64,000 bases of DNA from Squalus acanthias (lineage: Eukaryota): contig CM059433.1 in assembly GCA_030390025.1 (NCBI GenBank), positions 3,534,001 to 3,598,000 of the forward strand, read 5' to 3'. Within the stretch, counting starts at the first letter, position 1. The number at the start of each line of letters is the position of its first letter. Positions 48,013 to 61,029 of this stretch are shown here, piece after piece. Under the pieces are notes generated by a model that worked only from the letters and a program-made list of their open reading frames with translations, made no database searches and was not told the DNA's origin. The position numbers and the translations under genes are program-made.

Positions 48013-49446
48013 GGGGGGGAATTTTAACCTAAAAAAAACGGGTGTGTTGGGGAGCTGTGGGTAGTTAAAGTTTAAGGGGGCTAAATTCGGTTGATTTGCG
48101 CCTCTCGTTAGCACCCTAAGAGCGCCCCGCTCGTGCCCCGGCTGTAATATTGGGTGGTGCACACCGACTTACCGCCGGACGCTATGTCCGCCGGGGTCAG
48201 GGGGGCCGACCTACGGCCAGGGTGGTGCTAGTTAAAGGGGAGGTGGCGGGCGGCCATTTTTGTTGCTGGCCGCCTGCCAGCACCTGCCCCCGTTGCTGTC
48301 CCCGGTCCCCCGTGAAGCCCCCCCCCGCGGGGTGCCGGCTGCTCTCCGTGAGCCCGGCATTCCTCTTGAGGGCTGGGCTTGTTTGCCGGCACTCCCGATC
48401 CCTGGTGGCCCAGCTGGGCGCCGGGACGCGCTGCACCAGGCCCCTCCCCTTTAATAAGGGGAGGAAGGCCTGCAGTACTGCGGCACGTAGCGCCGTGATA
48501 TTAGTTCACAGCGCCCCAAGAAGGACGCGGGACACTTCCAGTAGCGCCCCGCCTCCCTCTCGGGGTGCTACCTGGGAAAATCGGCCGCAGCGCCAGGGGG
48601 CGCTACCCAATTTTTAACCCTAAAAATCTGAATCCCGACCTGAACCCGCCTCCACCCGCCCACTTCCGGTTTTAATGGATGTGGGATGTGCGGGGTGGGT
48701 GGGGCGGGCAGCCAACCCGCTGCTAGGAGGCAGGTCGTATATTTAATCTAATCATAAGGCTGGAAGCCTCTGCTTTAACCTCTATTTTGATTTTAACTTT
48801 AGCTGGTCAAATTTTGCAGGGCTCGTGAAACCCGCCAGCGAAGGTAAGGCGAGGACTGCTGGATCCAGGAGGTAAGTGCCTTTACACTCACTTCCTGGAT
48901 CTAGGGTCCCTGCCTAACCCACACCCTGCGATCGGAGTCCCCCCCCTGACAAAAGGCCTCCGATCCCCCCCAGGAAACCAACCAAACTCCCTAGGCCTCC
49001 CCCCCAGGCCTCTGATTCCCACCACAAGGCCTCCCACCCCACCATGCTCCTCCAGCCCCCCGATGATGTCTGCCTACCCCCCATGCTCCTCCTCCCCCCA
49101 CCACTCCTCCGGCCGCCAATCTTTGTTGACACCCCCACCCCGCTCCTCCTGCCCTCCCCGTGCTCCTTCCGGCCTACAATCTCTTCACACACCCACCCCG
49201 CTCCTCCGCTACCCCCGGCCCCGACACGATCCCTCCCTCCCTCCACCCTCCTCTCTACTGCCGCAGGCCTACCCGCCCGGAGCCAGCCAGCCTCTCAATC
49301 TAACTGGCTAAAGGAGGGAAACAGAGGTTTCCCATGCAAATTAGGCCCTGCCGTTAAATTCAGCAGGGCCTGCGGGAAACCCGGCCTTCCGGCCGCTTCG
49401 AAGACCCCCCCGCTCCCAACCCACCTTCCCCAATAAAATTCAGCCC
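48013..49446. mobile_element. Harbinger-type non-autonomous element with TSD AAT and C-rich interior
   Basis: Ends GGGGGGGAATTTTA / TAAAATTCAGCCC; AAT duplicated. Confidence 0.75.
48076..48620 (+). mobile_element. Family B MITE with TSD TAA, nested in 48013-49446
   Basis: TAA|GGGGGCTAAATTCGG...CCAATTTTTAACCC|TAA. Confidence 0.85.
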
Positions 49447-50002
49447 AATGTCTCTAAAAGTTTCCCCACCACTGACATTAGGCTGACTATAGTTGTCAGA
49501 CTTGTCCCTCTCCCCTTTTTTGAACAGGGGTGCAACATTTGCAATCCTCCAGTCCTCTGGCACCACTCCCATATCGAAGGAGGATTGGAAGATTGTGGCC
49601 AGAGACAACGCAATTTCCACCCTTACTTCCATCAGCAACCTAGGATGCACCATCCAGACCGGGTGACTTTTCTACTTTGAGCGCTGCCAACCCTTTGAGT
49701 GCCTCCTCTTTATCTATTTTTATCCTATCCAATTTCTCTACTATCCGCCTCCACTGTGACATTGGCAGCATCCTCTTCTCTGGTGAAGACAGATGCAAAG
49801 TCCTCATTTAGTTCCTCAGCCATGCCCTCTGCCTCCACAAGAGAATCTCCTCTTTGGTCCTTAACTGCCCCCACCCTTCCTTTGACTCCCCTTTTACTAT
49901 TCACAAAGTATTTACAGCACAGCAACAGGCTATTTGGCCCAACTGGTCCGTGCCAGTCTTTATGCTCCACACTAGCCTCCTTCCACCCCTCTTCATCTAA
50001 CC

Positions 50003-50212
50003 CAGGGGTGGCCCATTATTTGGGCTGGAGGGCCACTTAACAAGTTTTGGTGAGCTGTTGAGGGCCGCACACCAATGTTCCCCTGAGGTGTGAGGTCGCG
50101 CACCAATCGTAAGGTCCCGCGCAGGCCGCTCACCAGCTCCTGCTGCTGGGACAGATCCTGTGGGTGCAGTATCGTCAAGTGGCCCTCCAGCCCAAATAAT
50201 TGGCCACCCCTG
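50003..50212. mobile_element. hAT-type MITE 1 with 36-bp TIRs
   Basis: CAGGGGTGGCCCATTATTTGGGCTGGAGGGCCACTT against the right end: 35 of 36 match. Confidence 0.85.
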
Positions 50213-50290
50213 AGTAAGAGCTTTTGAAACCAACCAGCTACAATTGCACTCTCTTTGAAAGCATACAGGGGTTACATCAATGGCGAGCAA

Positions 50291-52547
50291 AATCTGGCCC
50301 GCCAACGTATTCAATCCGGCCCACCAACGTATTCAATCCGGCCCGCCAATGTATTCAATCCGGCCCGCCAACGTAGTCAATCCAGCCCACCAATATATTC
50401 AATCCAGCCCGCCAACATATTCAATCCGGCCCACCAATGTATTCAATCCGGCCCACCAATATATTCAATCCGGCCCACCAATATATTCAATCCGGCCCAC
50501 CAATATATTCAATCCGGCCCACCAATATATTCAATCCGGCCCACCAATATATTCAATCTGGCCCGCCAACGGATTCAATCCGGCCCACCAATATATTCAA
50601 TCTGGCCCGCCAACATATTCAATCCGGCCCGCCAACATATTCAATCCGGCCCACCAATGTATTCAATCCAGCCCACCAATATATTCAATCCGGCCCACCA
50701 ATATATTCAATCTGGCCCGCCAACATATTCAATCCGGCCCGCCAACATATTCAATCCGGCCCACCAATGTATTCAATCCAGCCCACCAATATATTCAATC
50801 CGGCCCACCAATATATTCAATCTGGCCCGCCAACATATTCAATCCGGCCCGCCAACATATTCAATCCGGCCCACCAACATATTCAATCCGGCCCACCAAT
50901 GTATTCAATCCAGCCCACCAATATATTCAATCCGGCCCACCAATATATTCAATCTGGCCCGCCAACATATTCAATCCGGCCCGCCAACATATTCAATCCG
51001 GCCCACCAATGTATTCAATCCAGCCCACCAATATATTCAATCTGGCCCGCCAACATATTCAATCCGGCCCGCCAACATATTCAATCCGGCCCACCAATGT
51101 ATTCAATCCGGCCCACCAATATATTCAATCCGGCCCACCAATATATTCAATCCGGCCCGCCAACATATTCAATCCGGCCCACCAATATATTCAATCCGGC
51201 CCACCAATATATTCAATATGGCCCGCCAACGGATTCAATCCAGCCTGCCAATATATTCAATCCAGCCCGCCAATATATTCAATCCAGCCCGCCAACGTAG
51301 TCAATCCAGCCCACCAATATATTCAATCCAGCCCGCCAATATATTCAATCCAGCCCGCCAACGGATTCAATCCAGCCCGCCAACATATTCAATCCAGCCC
51401 GCCAATGTATTCAATCCAGCCCGCCAACGGATTCAATCCAGCCCACCAACGGATTCAATCCAGCCCGCCAATGTATTCAATCCAGCCCGCCAATGTATTC
51501 AATCCAGCCCGCCAACATATTCAATCCAGCCCGCCAACATATTCAATCCAGCCCGCCAACATATTCAATCCAGCCCGCCAACGTATTCAATCCAGCCCGC
51601 CAATGTATTCAATCCAGCCCGCCAATGTATTCAATCCAGCCTGCCAATGTATTCAATCCAGCCCTCCAAAATATTCAATCCAGCCCACCAACGTATTCAA
51701 TCCAGCCCACCAACGTATTCAATCCAGCCCGCCAATGTATTCAATCCAGCCCGCCAACATATTCAATCCAGCCTGCCAACATATTCAATCCAGCCCGCCA
51801 ACATATTCAATCCGGCTCGCCAATGTATTCAATCCAGCCCGCCAATGTATTCAATCCAGCCCACCAATATATTCAATCCAGCCCACCAACATATTCAATC
51901 CAGCCCACCAATATATTCAATCCAGCTCACCAATATATTCAATCCAGCCCACCAACATATTCAATCCAGCCCACCAATATATTCAATCCAGCCCGCCAAC
52001 ATATTCAGTCCAGCCCACCAATATATTCAATCCAGCCCACCAACATATTCAATCCAGCCCACCAATGTATTCAATCCAGCCCGCCAACATATTCAATCCA
52101 GCCCACCAATATATTCAATCCAGCCCACCAACATATTCAATCCAGCCCACCAATGTATTCAATCCAGCCCGCCAACATATTCAATCCAGCCCGCCAACAT
52201 ATTCAATCCGGCCCGCCAATGTATTCAATCCAGCCCGCCAATGTATTCAATCCAGCCCGCCAATGTATTCAATCCAGCCCGCCAACATATTCAATCCAGC
52301 CCGCCAACATATTCAATCCAGCCCGCCAACATATTCAATCCGGCCCGCCAATGTATTCAATCCAGCCCGCCAACATATTCAATCCAGCCCGCCAACGTAT
52401 TCAATCCAGCCCGCCAATGTATTCAATCCAGCCCGCCAATGTATTCAATCCAGCCCGCCAATGTATTCAATCCAGCCTACCAATGTATTCAATCCAGCCC
52501 GCCAATTTATTCAATCCAGCCCGCCAATGGATTCAATCCAGCCCGCC
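50291..52547. repeat. 22-bp tandem array, ~100 copies, consensus TATTCAATCC(G/A)GCCC(A/G)CCAA(T/C)(A/G)
   Basis: Period of 22 nt (tcaatcc at 50311, 50333, ...); the 22-aa periodic ORFs correspond to 3 units. Confidence 0.97.
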
Positions 52548-53366
52548 ACGGCCTGGCTTCAAGGCCAAACGTCCGCCACACCTGACCCCTAGCCTGACCC
52601 CTAGCCTGGCCCCACCCCACGTATCGTCAGGAGGGGGGGGTCATTGTCTCTGAGGCAGCAGGGGAGTCATAATCAAAAAGAAGCAGGCAAATCCGACCTG
52701 CCGTTCGCTGCATCAATGTGCCATTACTATAACCTCCCCTTTCAAGTTTGCAACAATAAATCAACAATATTAACACTGTGCGGTGCAGGACGCCTTCTGC
52801 AGCTAACAGCGGTATTGGCAGCTCCAGACTCGAGAATGTCTGAACCGATTACAGGGAAATAAAAACTTGCTGCATTATCTGAAGCTTGTAGATCAACAAA
52901 GTTATTCACACCCGAAACCTTAGTTTCTGCTCCGTCACTGCAAGGCGAAAGGTGAGTTACTCACGGTTTGTGGGTTCAGTGTTTCATAAATCTGTGCAAA
53001 CTTTCCAGATAAATGCACGATAACAAATACTTTAAATATATAAAATAATGCCACTGGCAGCACGGCTCTGAATTGACGCAATCCAATCGATTGGAAGATT
53101 GAACTTTTTTTAAAACTTGCAGTGAGTTTTTAGTCTCAACTCGTCTCTGAAGGAATTTTAGCGACTAATTAGTCCTGGGCTTGATTTCATTCCAGTGAGT
53201 TAGAAAATGCTATTTTTGTTTATTGGTGCAATTGGGGTGAAAGGTGCTGTCTGAATTCCATGGGGTACCCCCGGTCTCCCGGTGTAACTCTGGCGCGGAC
53301 CCAGTTACATCGGGTCCCTGCCGTTTCTGGGAGTTTGCTCAGTGAAGAGCCGGGGAGCGTCTAGCC

Positions 53367-53855
53367 CAGTGGGGGGCAGAATACGACCCGCGGGCTACAT
53401 CCAGCCCGCCAGTTCATTCTAACCAGCTCGCTGGATGGGACAGAAATAGAACACCAGCCAGGTCTCGAGCTGCACATTAGTCCGAGTCGAGTCACGGCTG
53501 CTCATCTCAATGACTCTTTTACCGAAGGAAGAGACCGGCGCTGCGTCTTTCCTCTCCCGGTACCCAGAGTCCGATAGCAGGGGGTTTTTCATCGCCGTCT
53601 TAGATACAGGAGTGGCTCCCGGAGCACAAGGACTCCAGGTAAGTTGAGTTGGACAAATGAACTAATTTAGCACTTTGCTCTCCCCAATGTGCGCGGTCCC
53701 TTTAAATTTGCTGCGCGGTATGTCACGAGAAGTGAAAGTGACTAATGTGGAACGCGAGTTCCGGCTCCTGTTCTATTTCTGTCCCGTCCAGCGGGCCGGA
53801 TAGAATAACTTGGTGGGCCAGATGCAGCCCACGGGCCGTAATTTGCCCACTACTG
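53367..53855. mobile_element. hAT-type MITE 2 with long imperfect terminal inverted repeats
   Basis: CAGTGGGGGGCAGAATACGACCCGCGGGC...GGGACAGAAATAGAAC against GTTCTATTTCTGTCCC...GCCCACGGGCCGTAATTTGCCCACTACTG. Confidence 0.8.
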
Positions 53856-54311
53856 ATCTAACCCCATCAACATATCTTTCTATTCCTTTCTCCGTCATGT
53901 GCTTATCTAGCTTCCCCTTAAATCCAGTTATGCTATTAACCTCAACCACTCCCTGTGGTAGCGAGTTCCACATTCTAACCACTCTCTGGGTAAAGAAGTT
54001 TCTCCTGAATTCCCTACTGGATTTATTAGTGACTATCTTATATTTATGGCCCCTATTTCTGGTCTCGCCCACAAGTGATTCATCTTCTCTACATTTACCC
54101 TCTCAAACCCGTTCATAATCTTGAAGACCTCGATCAGGTCACCACTCAGTCTTCTCGTTTCTAGAGTAAAGAGCCCCAGCCTGTTCAATCTTTCCTGATA
54201 GGTATAACCACTCAGTTCTGGGATCATTCTAGTAAATCTTTTTTGCACCTTCTCCAGTACCTTTGTATCCTTTTTATAATATGGAGACCAGGACTGTTCA
54301 CAGTACTCTAA

Positions 54312-54990
54312 GGGGGCAAAATTGGGTCACGCACTAACTTCGACGCGCGCTAATTTTAGCGCCCCGAAAAAGTTAGCGCCCCCCGAGCCTGAAATTCACT
54401 GGTAGCGTCCCAAGAGGGAGGCGGGGCGCTACTGGAAGTGCCCCGCGGCGCTGCGGCACATCGCGCCACGGTACTGCAGGCCTTCCTCCCCTTATTAAAG
54501 GGGAGGGGCCTAGCGCAGCGTGACCCGGGACCCAGCTGGGCCACCAGGGATCAGAGTGCCAGCAAAATAGCCCGGCGCTCAAGAAAAGTGCCGGGCCCAC
54601 GGAGCGCAGCTGGCACTCCGCGTGGGGGGGGCTGCACAGGATGCTGGGGACAGCAGCGGGGGCAGGCGGCCAGCAACAAAATTGGCTGCCCGGCACCTCG
54701 CCTTTAATTTGCGCTGCCCTGGCCGCAGGTAGGCCCCCCTGACCCTATCGGACATAGCGTCCGGCGGTAAGTCAGGGCGCTACCGAAGATCGTGGCTGGG
54801 GCGCGAGCGGGGCACTGTGCATGGCGATGATGTCATCACAAGAGGTGCAGCGCCGCGGGGCGCTAACGGTTACCACCACCGCTAACCTCCCGCTGAATTT
54901 TGCGGGAGGTGTTAGCGGCGCCGCGCCCGGGCGCTAATTGCTTTGCGCCCCATTAGCACCCTCTTAGGCAAATCAACCGAATTTTTCCCC
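54312..54990 (-). mobile_element. Family B MITE inserted in CR1
   Basis: Reverse-complement homologue of 24547-25244; flanks TAA / CAA. Confidence 0.8.
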
Positions 54991-55774
54991 CAAGTGCGGT
55001 CTAATCAAGGTTCTATACAAGTTTAACATAACTTCTCTGCTTTTCAATTCTATCCCTCCAGAAATAAACCCCAGTGCTTTGTTTGCTTTTTAATGGCCTT
55101 ATTAACCTGTGTCGCTACTTTTAGTGATCTATGTATCTGTACCCCCAGATCCCTCTCTTCCTCTACCCCATTTAGACACTTATTTTCCAAGGAGGACGTT
55201 AAGCGAATTGGTCTATAGTTCCCTGGACTTGTTCTATCTCCCTTTTTAAATATAGGAATCACGCTAGCTGCCCGCCAGTCCTCTGGCACTATTTTCTTTT
55301 CTAATGAATTTATTTATATATATGTGTAATAGTTCCTCTGCTCTCTCTTCCCTAACTTTCTTTTAATATGTGTGGATGCAATCCATCCGGACCAACGGTT
55401 TTATCCTCTCTAAGTTTGATGAGTTTATCAATTATCTCCTCCTTTCTATCTTAAATGTCTTTAAATCTTTTTTGATCTCTTTTCTAATATGATGCCCACT
55501 ATATTTATATGTTTATAAAAGACATTTTGGTTCCTTTTTATGTTACCCACTAATCTATTCTCAGACACTCTCTTTGCCTCTCATTTCCTTTTTCAGTTCT
55601 CCCCTGTACTTTTTGTATTCAACTTGGTTTTCTACTGAATTATGAACCCAACATTTATCATAAGCCTCCTTTGATATGAAATGGATATGAAATGTATACG
55701 CGCCCAGATTGCCAATGTGGGTTCCCAGTGCACGAAGTTCTGCACCAGGATTGCAAAGGTGGCAATTTACCCCA

Positions 55775-56092
55775 TTTAGGGGGCATAGTTTCAGAATAAG
55801 GGGTCGTCCATTTAAGACGGAGATGAGGAGGAATTTCTTCTCTCAGAGGTTCGTGAATCTTTGGAATTCTCTACCCCAGAGAGCTGTGGAGGTGGAGTCA
55901 TTGAATATATTCAAGGCGGAGATAGGCAGATTTTTGAGCTACAAGGGAGTCAAGGGTTATGGGGAGTGGGCGGGAAAAGTGGAGTTGAGGCTAAGATCAG
56001 ATCAGCCAGGATCTTATTGAATGGCGGAGCAGGCTCGAGGGGCTGAATGGCCGACTCCTGCTCCTACGTCTTATGTTTATATTTCTTATGTT
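55775..56092 (+). mobile_element. CR1 3' end
   Basis: RGHSFRIRGRPFKTEMRRNFFSQR; 3' UTR and tail. Confidence 0.88.
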
Positions 56093-56706
56093 TGTTATTT
56101 TATATCCAATAGATGACCACTGAGAGATCAGCGCAGCACGACCTCAAATAACCATCTTCTGCCTCCTACTCATCCAACTGCAATACGAGGTCATTCAAGA
56201 TAGTTCTGCGCTGCTCCATGCCATGGAGTGTGAAATGAAGGAAATAGGGACTGTCGATTGATATGACTGATATAAAATTGTGTGATATTTTATTGAACGT
56301 TTTAGAGCCAACAAAAAAGCTGGGAGAGCTTTGCAAGTTTTATAATAAAATAAAAAGGCGAATAAGATTATTATCAGCAAGAACAATTATGTTTGTTATT
56401 ACTGTAATAGTACTTCAGCATCATGAAGTTATTCAGCTTGAGAATACTTCTCTGTGCTGCTACAATCATATACAAACTATAATTATTAAATAACCTAAGT
56501 AATTAAGGGTAATTTTGACTTTGTACAATGGTGTAAAATGGAGGATAGTGAATCGGCAGCCCGTTTTAGATCTCTCCCGATTATTATTTCCATTAAAGTC
56601 AGGCGGTGCCCTGGAAGCCTATGGCGGATCCTTTACCAAAGTGGCAGGCAGAGCACCTCAAGTGCGGAAGGGGTTTGCGCACGGCGCCCACCATACTGCA
56701 CTCTGT

Positions 56707-58274
56707 GGCCGCGAATTTAATAGCTCTGAGGGGGCGGGGGTTTGGAGGCGGGTCTGCTGTCGTCAAAATTGCAAAGAAACCCGCTGTCAACCCGCCTCCA
56801 CGCGAGTCTCCCAGGTGTCGGAACTGACCCGAAACCAAACGGTGGGGGAGACAATTCAGCTACTTAAATGGTTTGTTAAGAGCCAATTTAAGAGGATTTT
56901 GAGGTTTACTTTTAATTTTACCTTCTCCCCCACTGGTTACCCGCTGTTCGGGGAACACGCCTGCTCAACCTGCCGTGTTTTGAGTGATGTTTGTGAAAAG
57001 CTGACAGCTGCAGAAGTGGTGTCAACGAAGCCATGTTGCAGATGGTGAGTTCAGAGCACAGAAACTTTTGGTTACTGCATTTTTAATACATATAGAGATT
57101 TCTTTAGCTTGCAAGTGTTTAGAGGCAACTGTGTGTCCAGTGCCACCTCATTGGGAGAACCTCTCTCACCAGTGACAGATCGCTTCTGTCATCTCACCTG
57201 AAGCTGCCATCTATTCCAGCAACATCGGAGCCAATGAAACAATCAGACCTTGGTCCTCTGAACCCTTCCACAATCAGCCTCAACACCAACATCACCAGGC
57301 ACACCAACATCACCAACAACATCACCAACCTTCGCCGCCATCACCTGATGCTGCACTGGACACAGGACATCAGCCCCTGACAAAATTGCTGGCTGGAGGC
57401 CAGTGATGGCATCACCATGGCCAGACTTTCTTCACTTGATGCTGTAAACCCTGGCTGCCACATGATGCGCCAGGTTGACACCATCCCACACCAGCACCGT
57501 GAAGCATCCCTTTAATTTCCAAGCCATTCCATGCACACACATCACTATAGCGGCGGGGAGGGGGTGGGGGGGGGGGTGGAAGTTACTTACTGAACAATCA
57601 CTGGAACTCAGTAAAGACACTTCTCAAGGTGCGCTCAGATCTGTCCAATAAGGGGCACTTTTTGAAAAAGAGATTTCACTGTATGACAACACATTACCAG
57701 AAACTTCACATGGACATTGGCTAAACTTCTCAAGTGCCCACCCTTGTGTGTTGTTAGTTGGTATGCTTGCAGTAGGATGAGGGTGAGTGTGAGGGGTGGC
57801 TAGTGAGATGGGGAAGTGATAAAGTAGATAGAGAGGGTTGGGTGGAGGTGCAAGGTAAGTTGGTGTCCTGGGGAGGTCTCTTCCACCCTTGGAAGGGAAG
57901 AGAACCTCCCTGTGTGCTGTGACTCCCTCCATAAGCATATGAAGGGAGTCATTGGAGAGCCTGGGTGCAAGCATTCAACTTTGTGCAGTGATTGTCAGTG
58001 TTTGCAGCACCTCAATGCTGTCAAACACTGACAGAGCAACTGCCAAACTCCATGTGGCCGTGGTCCCTTTAAGGAAACCGGCTGATGACGCGTCATCAAA
58101 TTACGTCATCAGGCCCGCTTCCTGTTAATTGGCCAGGAAGCCCGCAGGGCAGGACTTAACAAGGCCAATCAAGGTAAAATCACGTCTGCAGAGCGGAGGC
58201 AGCTGGGAGCGGGACCGGAACCCGGAAACCAGATCTCCCGCCCCCAACCCACCTCCAGAATTAAATTTGCGGCC
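56707..58274. mobile_element. Non-autonomous Harbinger element with Myb N-terminal remnant on the minus strand (~57860-57974)
   Basis: TIRs GGCCGCGAATTTAAT / ATTAAATTTGCGGCC (14 of 15 match); APRLSNDSLHMLMEGVTAHREVLFPS. Confidence 0.75.
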
Positions 58275-59788
58275 TTAGATGTCCGTTTTACGACTGTAAA
58301 ACAGACGCAGTACAATCCAATTTCTAGGCCTAGAGTCTTGCCCTTGTTTAAGATGCTATGGATGTTCAAAAATAAGCCAACACTTGGATGCCTCAGCATC
58401 AATACTTTTGATTAATTGTTGGTTTCGTTGTATGTATGAACTCTTCATGAACCCTTGCGAAGATATGATTTGATTTGTGGCTTCTATGGCTAACATAAAA
58501 GCAGATGATAATGTCATCAGTGCACAGAGGAAGTGGTACAGATATAAATATGACCAAAGATGTTTCTAAGACGGTTACACTTCAGAAATCTTAACTAACA
58601 GCAGGATGATTCCTCTGTTTGTGCTTTTCTTTAGGCTAACTTGCTGGTAGTCTTGACTTTAAGTTTCATTCCGGGGGGGGGGGGGGGCGGGGTATTAACG
58701 GCAGTTTACCAAATACTGACCTGGGTTCAATGTAGTGGTAAATCTTTTATGCCCATGTCCGAAAATCTAGAATTTAACTTATTACAGGGGCAGGTCCAAT
58801 TAAGTAAAGTCACGGTGCCAATTCCAAATGGCAATGTGGCATGCTCTACTGACAGCATGAGCCACACTCAGCTCCAGGCCTTGATCTCGATCGGCAGACT
58901 AACACCAATACAACTGAAGTATTCTTTAAAAACTTCTTTCAGAATATGTCAGTTAAAAAGAGGGTGCAAATGATTCTGATGTACACAGGAGTGTCATGCC
59001 TTAATGTTGATGGATTGTGCTTGTATTGGCACTTACTGAAATATGTGTAACAAACCCTCTTTGCGTTACATTATATATTCCCACATTATTCACAATGTAC
59101 ACTTTGGAAATGGACGCCGGCGCAAAATTTATGTGGAGCAAATAATTTCTCTGTCGCAACTGACACAAATCAAGACACCCTCGGCATGAATATGCTAATA
59201 ACATTACCACCTACTGAATGAAATAGTGGATGGAGCAAACCATTACAGAGCGAACGGACAGCAAGCTGAGAGCTCCAAGATCGATGTAGCAAACGGAAAT
59301 GGAAAACTGTCCTAGAGCAGGAAAAGTCAACGCTGGAGATATAAATGAATGTTTTTTTACTTCAAGAAATATAAAAATGTTGCCGTTACCAGCTTATATT
59401 GTGAATTCAATATTTATCCGTGCAGTCATCTTCACATTAACGCCCTCTACCAGTATATACATGTAACAGCTACAGTACCAGAGTAACTCTGTTCACTACT
59501 CAATACTGGAGCAATATATTCATAACCAACAACTGAAGGTAAAACAATAATGTCATTATCTCAATTTGTATAATATTTTAATGCGATCTGTATACCACAA
59601 GAGGTGAATTATGTTCCATATATACATATATAAAGTGGTGGCTGGTGAGTTTCGTGAAAATTCAGCCCTGGATGTATCCTTCACAGAATAGCATGCTAAA
59701 CCAAGGCACCTGAGGTACAGCAGTACCAGGTGTTGGTCCTGGTCCTCTCAGGAAAAAGCTTTTGAAAGCATGCGAGAGCTCTGAATGG

Positions 59789-60157
59789 CAACTCCAGTGC
59801 AGTGCTGAGGGAGCGCTGCACTGTCGGAGGTGCCGTCTTTCGGATGAGATGTTAAACCGAGGCCCCGTCTGCTCTCTCAGGTGGATGTAAAAGATCCCGC
59901 AGCACTGTTTCGAAGAAGAGCAGGGGAGTTATCCCCGGTGTCCCGGCCAATATTTATCCCTCAATCAACATCACAAAAAACAGATTATCTGGTCGTCATC
60001 ACATTGCTGTTTGTGGGAGCTTGCTGTGCGCAAATTGGCTGCCGCGTTTCCCACATTACAACAGTGACTACACTTCAAAAGTACTCCATTGGCTGTAAAG
60101 CACTTTGAGACGTCCGGTGGTCGTGAAAGGCGCTATAGAAATGCAAGTCTTTTTTTG
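59789..60157 (+). mobile_element. SacSINE1-type DeuSINE, 5'-truncated
   Basis: Homologous to the body and tail of 11174-11641. Confidence 0.85.
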
Positions 60158-61029
60158 TTCCAGTGTAGATGGCTGATTGAGACCTAATCTACCTTGTCAA
60201 CTATGCCCAGCCCGACTGCTCCTATATTATGCTCTGTGACCTTATCAGTATGCATCTGGTTGTTACTAGACTATAGAACCACGGGGTAGAGTTTCCACTT
60301 TGGGCGCAATCGACAATCCAGGCACAAATTGCGCCCAAAATTGCGCCCGTTTTCAGAAGTGTTTTTGTCCCCCGAGTTTCTGCTCAAACTTATTTGCATA
60401 TCACCAAACGCATAATCTGCCATGAACCAGCGCAACCGGACAGCATTTTAGAAAGTAACATCCTTAAAAAATAATTTTGCTTTAAAAAATATTCCTTGAT
60501 GTATTTAAGTGATATGTTAACTTGGTACAGTTTGATTAATAAAGCTGAAAATGGGTTTATCTCAAAATATAAGCATTTTAATCATAGTGTCCAGTCCACC
60601 ATCTGTGAGTAACCCGATTTTAAATAACTGAAAATGACTTTAATAAACTATACAGCACCATTTGCTAGTTATATTGGTGTTCAGTGGTCAGTTTCTTAGT
60701 AAGTTAAGAAAAGAAAATTCAAAAGCTTTTAAAACCTACCTATTAGTGTCATTGTGCCTAAAAAAAACCCTTAATTTTAGAGTCTCCTCAAAGGCCTGCG
60801 TACGAGCGCAATTAGCGGAAACTCGCAATGGTGATTAATTCGATCTGGTGGCGTGGCCAGTTTTCAAGGAATGCTGTCCAAGTATCTCCTTATAATTGTC
60901 ATTTCCCATCCCTGAGATCATCCAGCTAATGATGCACTGTACATGTTCTGTGGCTTTAATGATCTTTTTATAATAAGGTGTGCGGAACTCCACTGGAACT
61001 CCACTCTAATTGTGGCCTAACCATTGTCT

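Larger units (their letters stand above)
47920..49905 (-). mobile_element. Degenerate CR1 internal fragment split by nested DNA elements
   Basis: HPRLLMEVRVEIA...WRIANVAPLFKKG; cctggattAAT|gtctctaaaag continuity across 48013-49446. Confidence 0.75.
49906..55670 (-). mobile_element. CR1 3' portion(s) split by the composite hAT segment and a family B MITE
   Basis: 3' UTR at 49906-50002 continues at 53864; ORF remnants QKRFTRMIPELSGYTYQERL and WRAASVIPIFKKG. Confidence 0.75.

Noticed and set aside
50291..52547. Possible CRISPR-like array
   Set aside because: Units are head-to-tail with no unique spacers, there are no cas genes, and the context is eukaryotic.
50255..52653. Overlapping ORFs of 776, 770, 287 and 386 aa
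   Set aside because: The 22-bp unit lacks plus-strand stops, so all three frames give the same 22-aa periodic peptide; this is a tandem-repeat artefact.
59040..59340. Possible conserved non-coding element (retained CpGs, ATGCTAAT motif)
   Set aside because: Conservation cannot be judged without cross-species alignment.
60282..61010. Possible further Harbinger-type MITE starting GGGGTAGAGTTTCC (similar orphan ends at 26191, 39411, 43830, 55773, 58330)
   Set aside because: No confident partner TIR or TSD could be assigned by eye.
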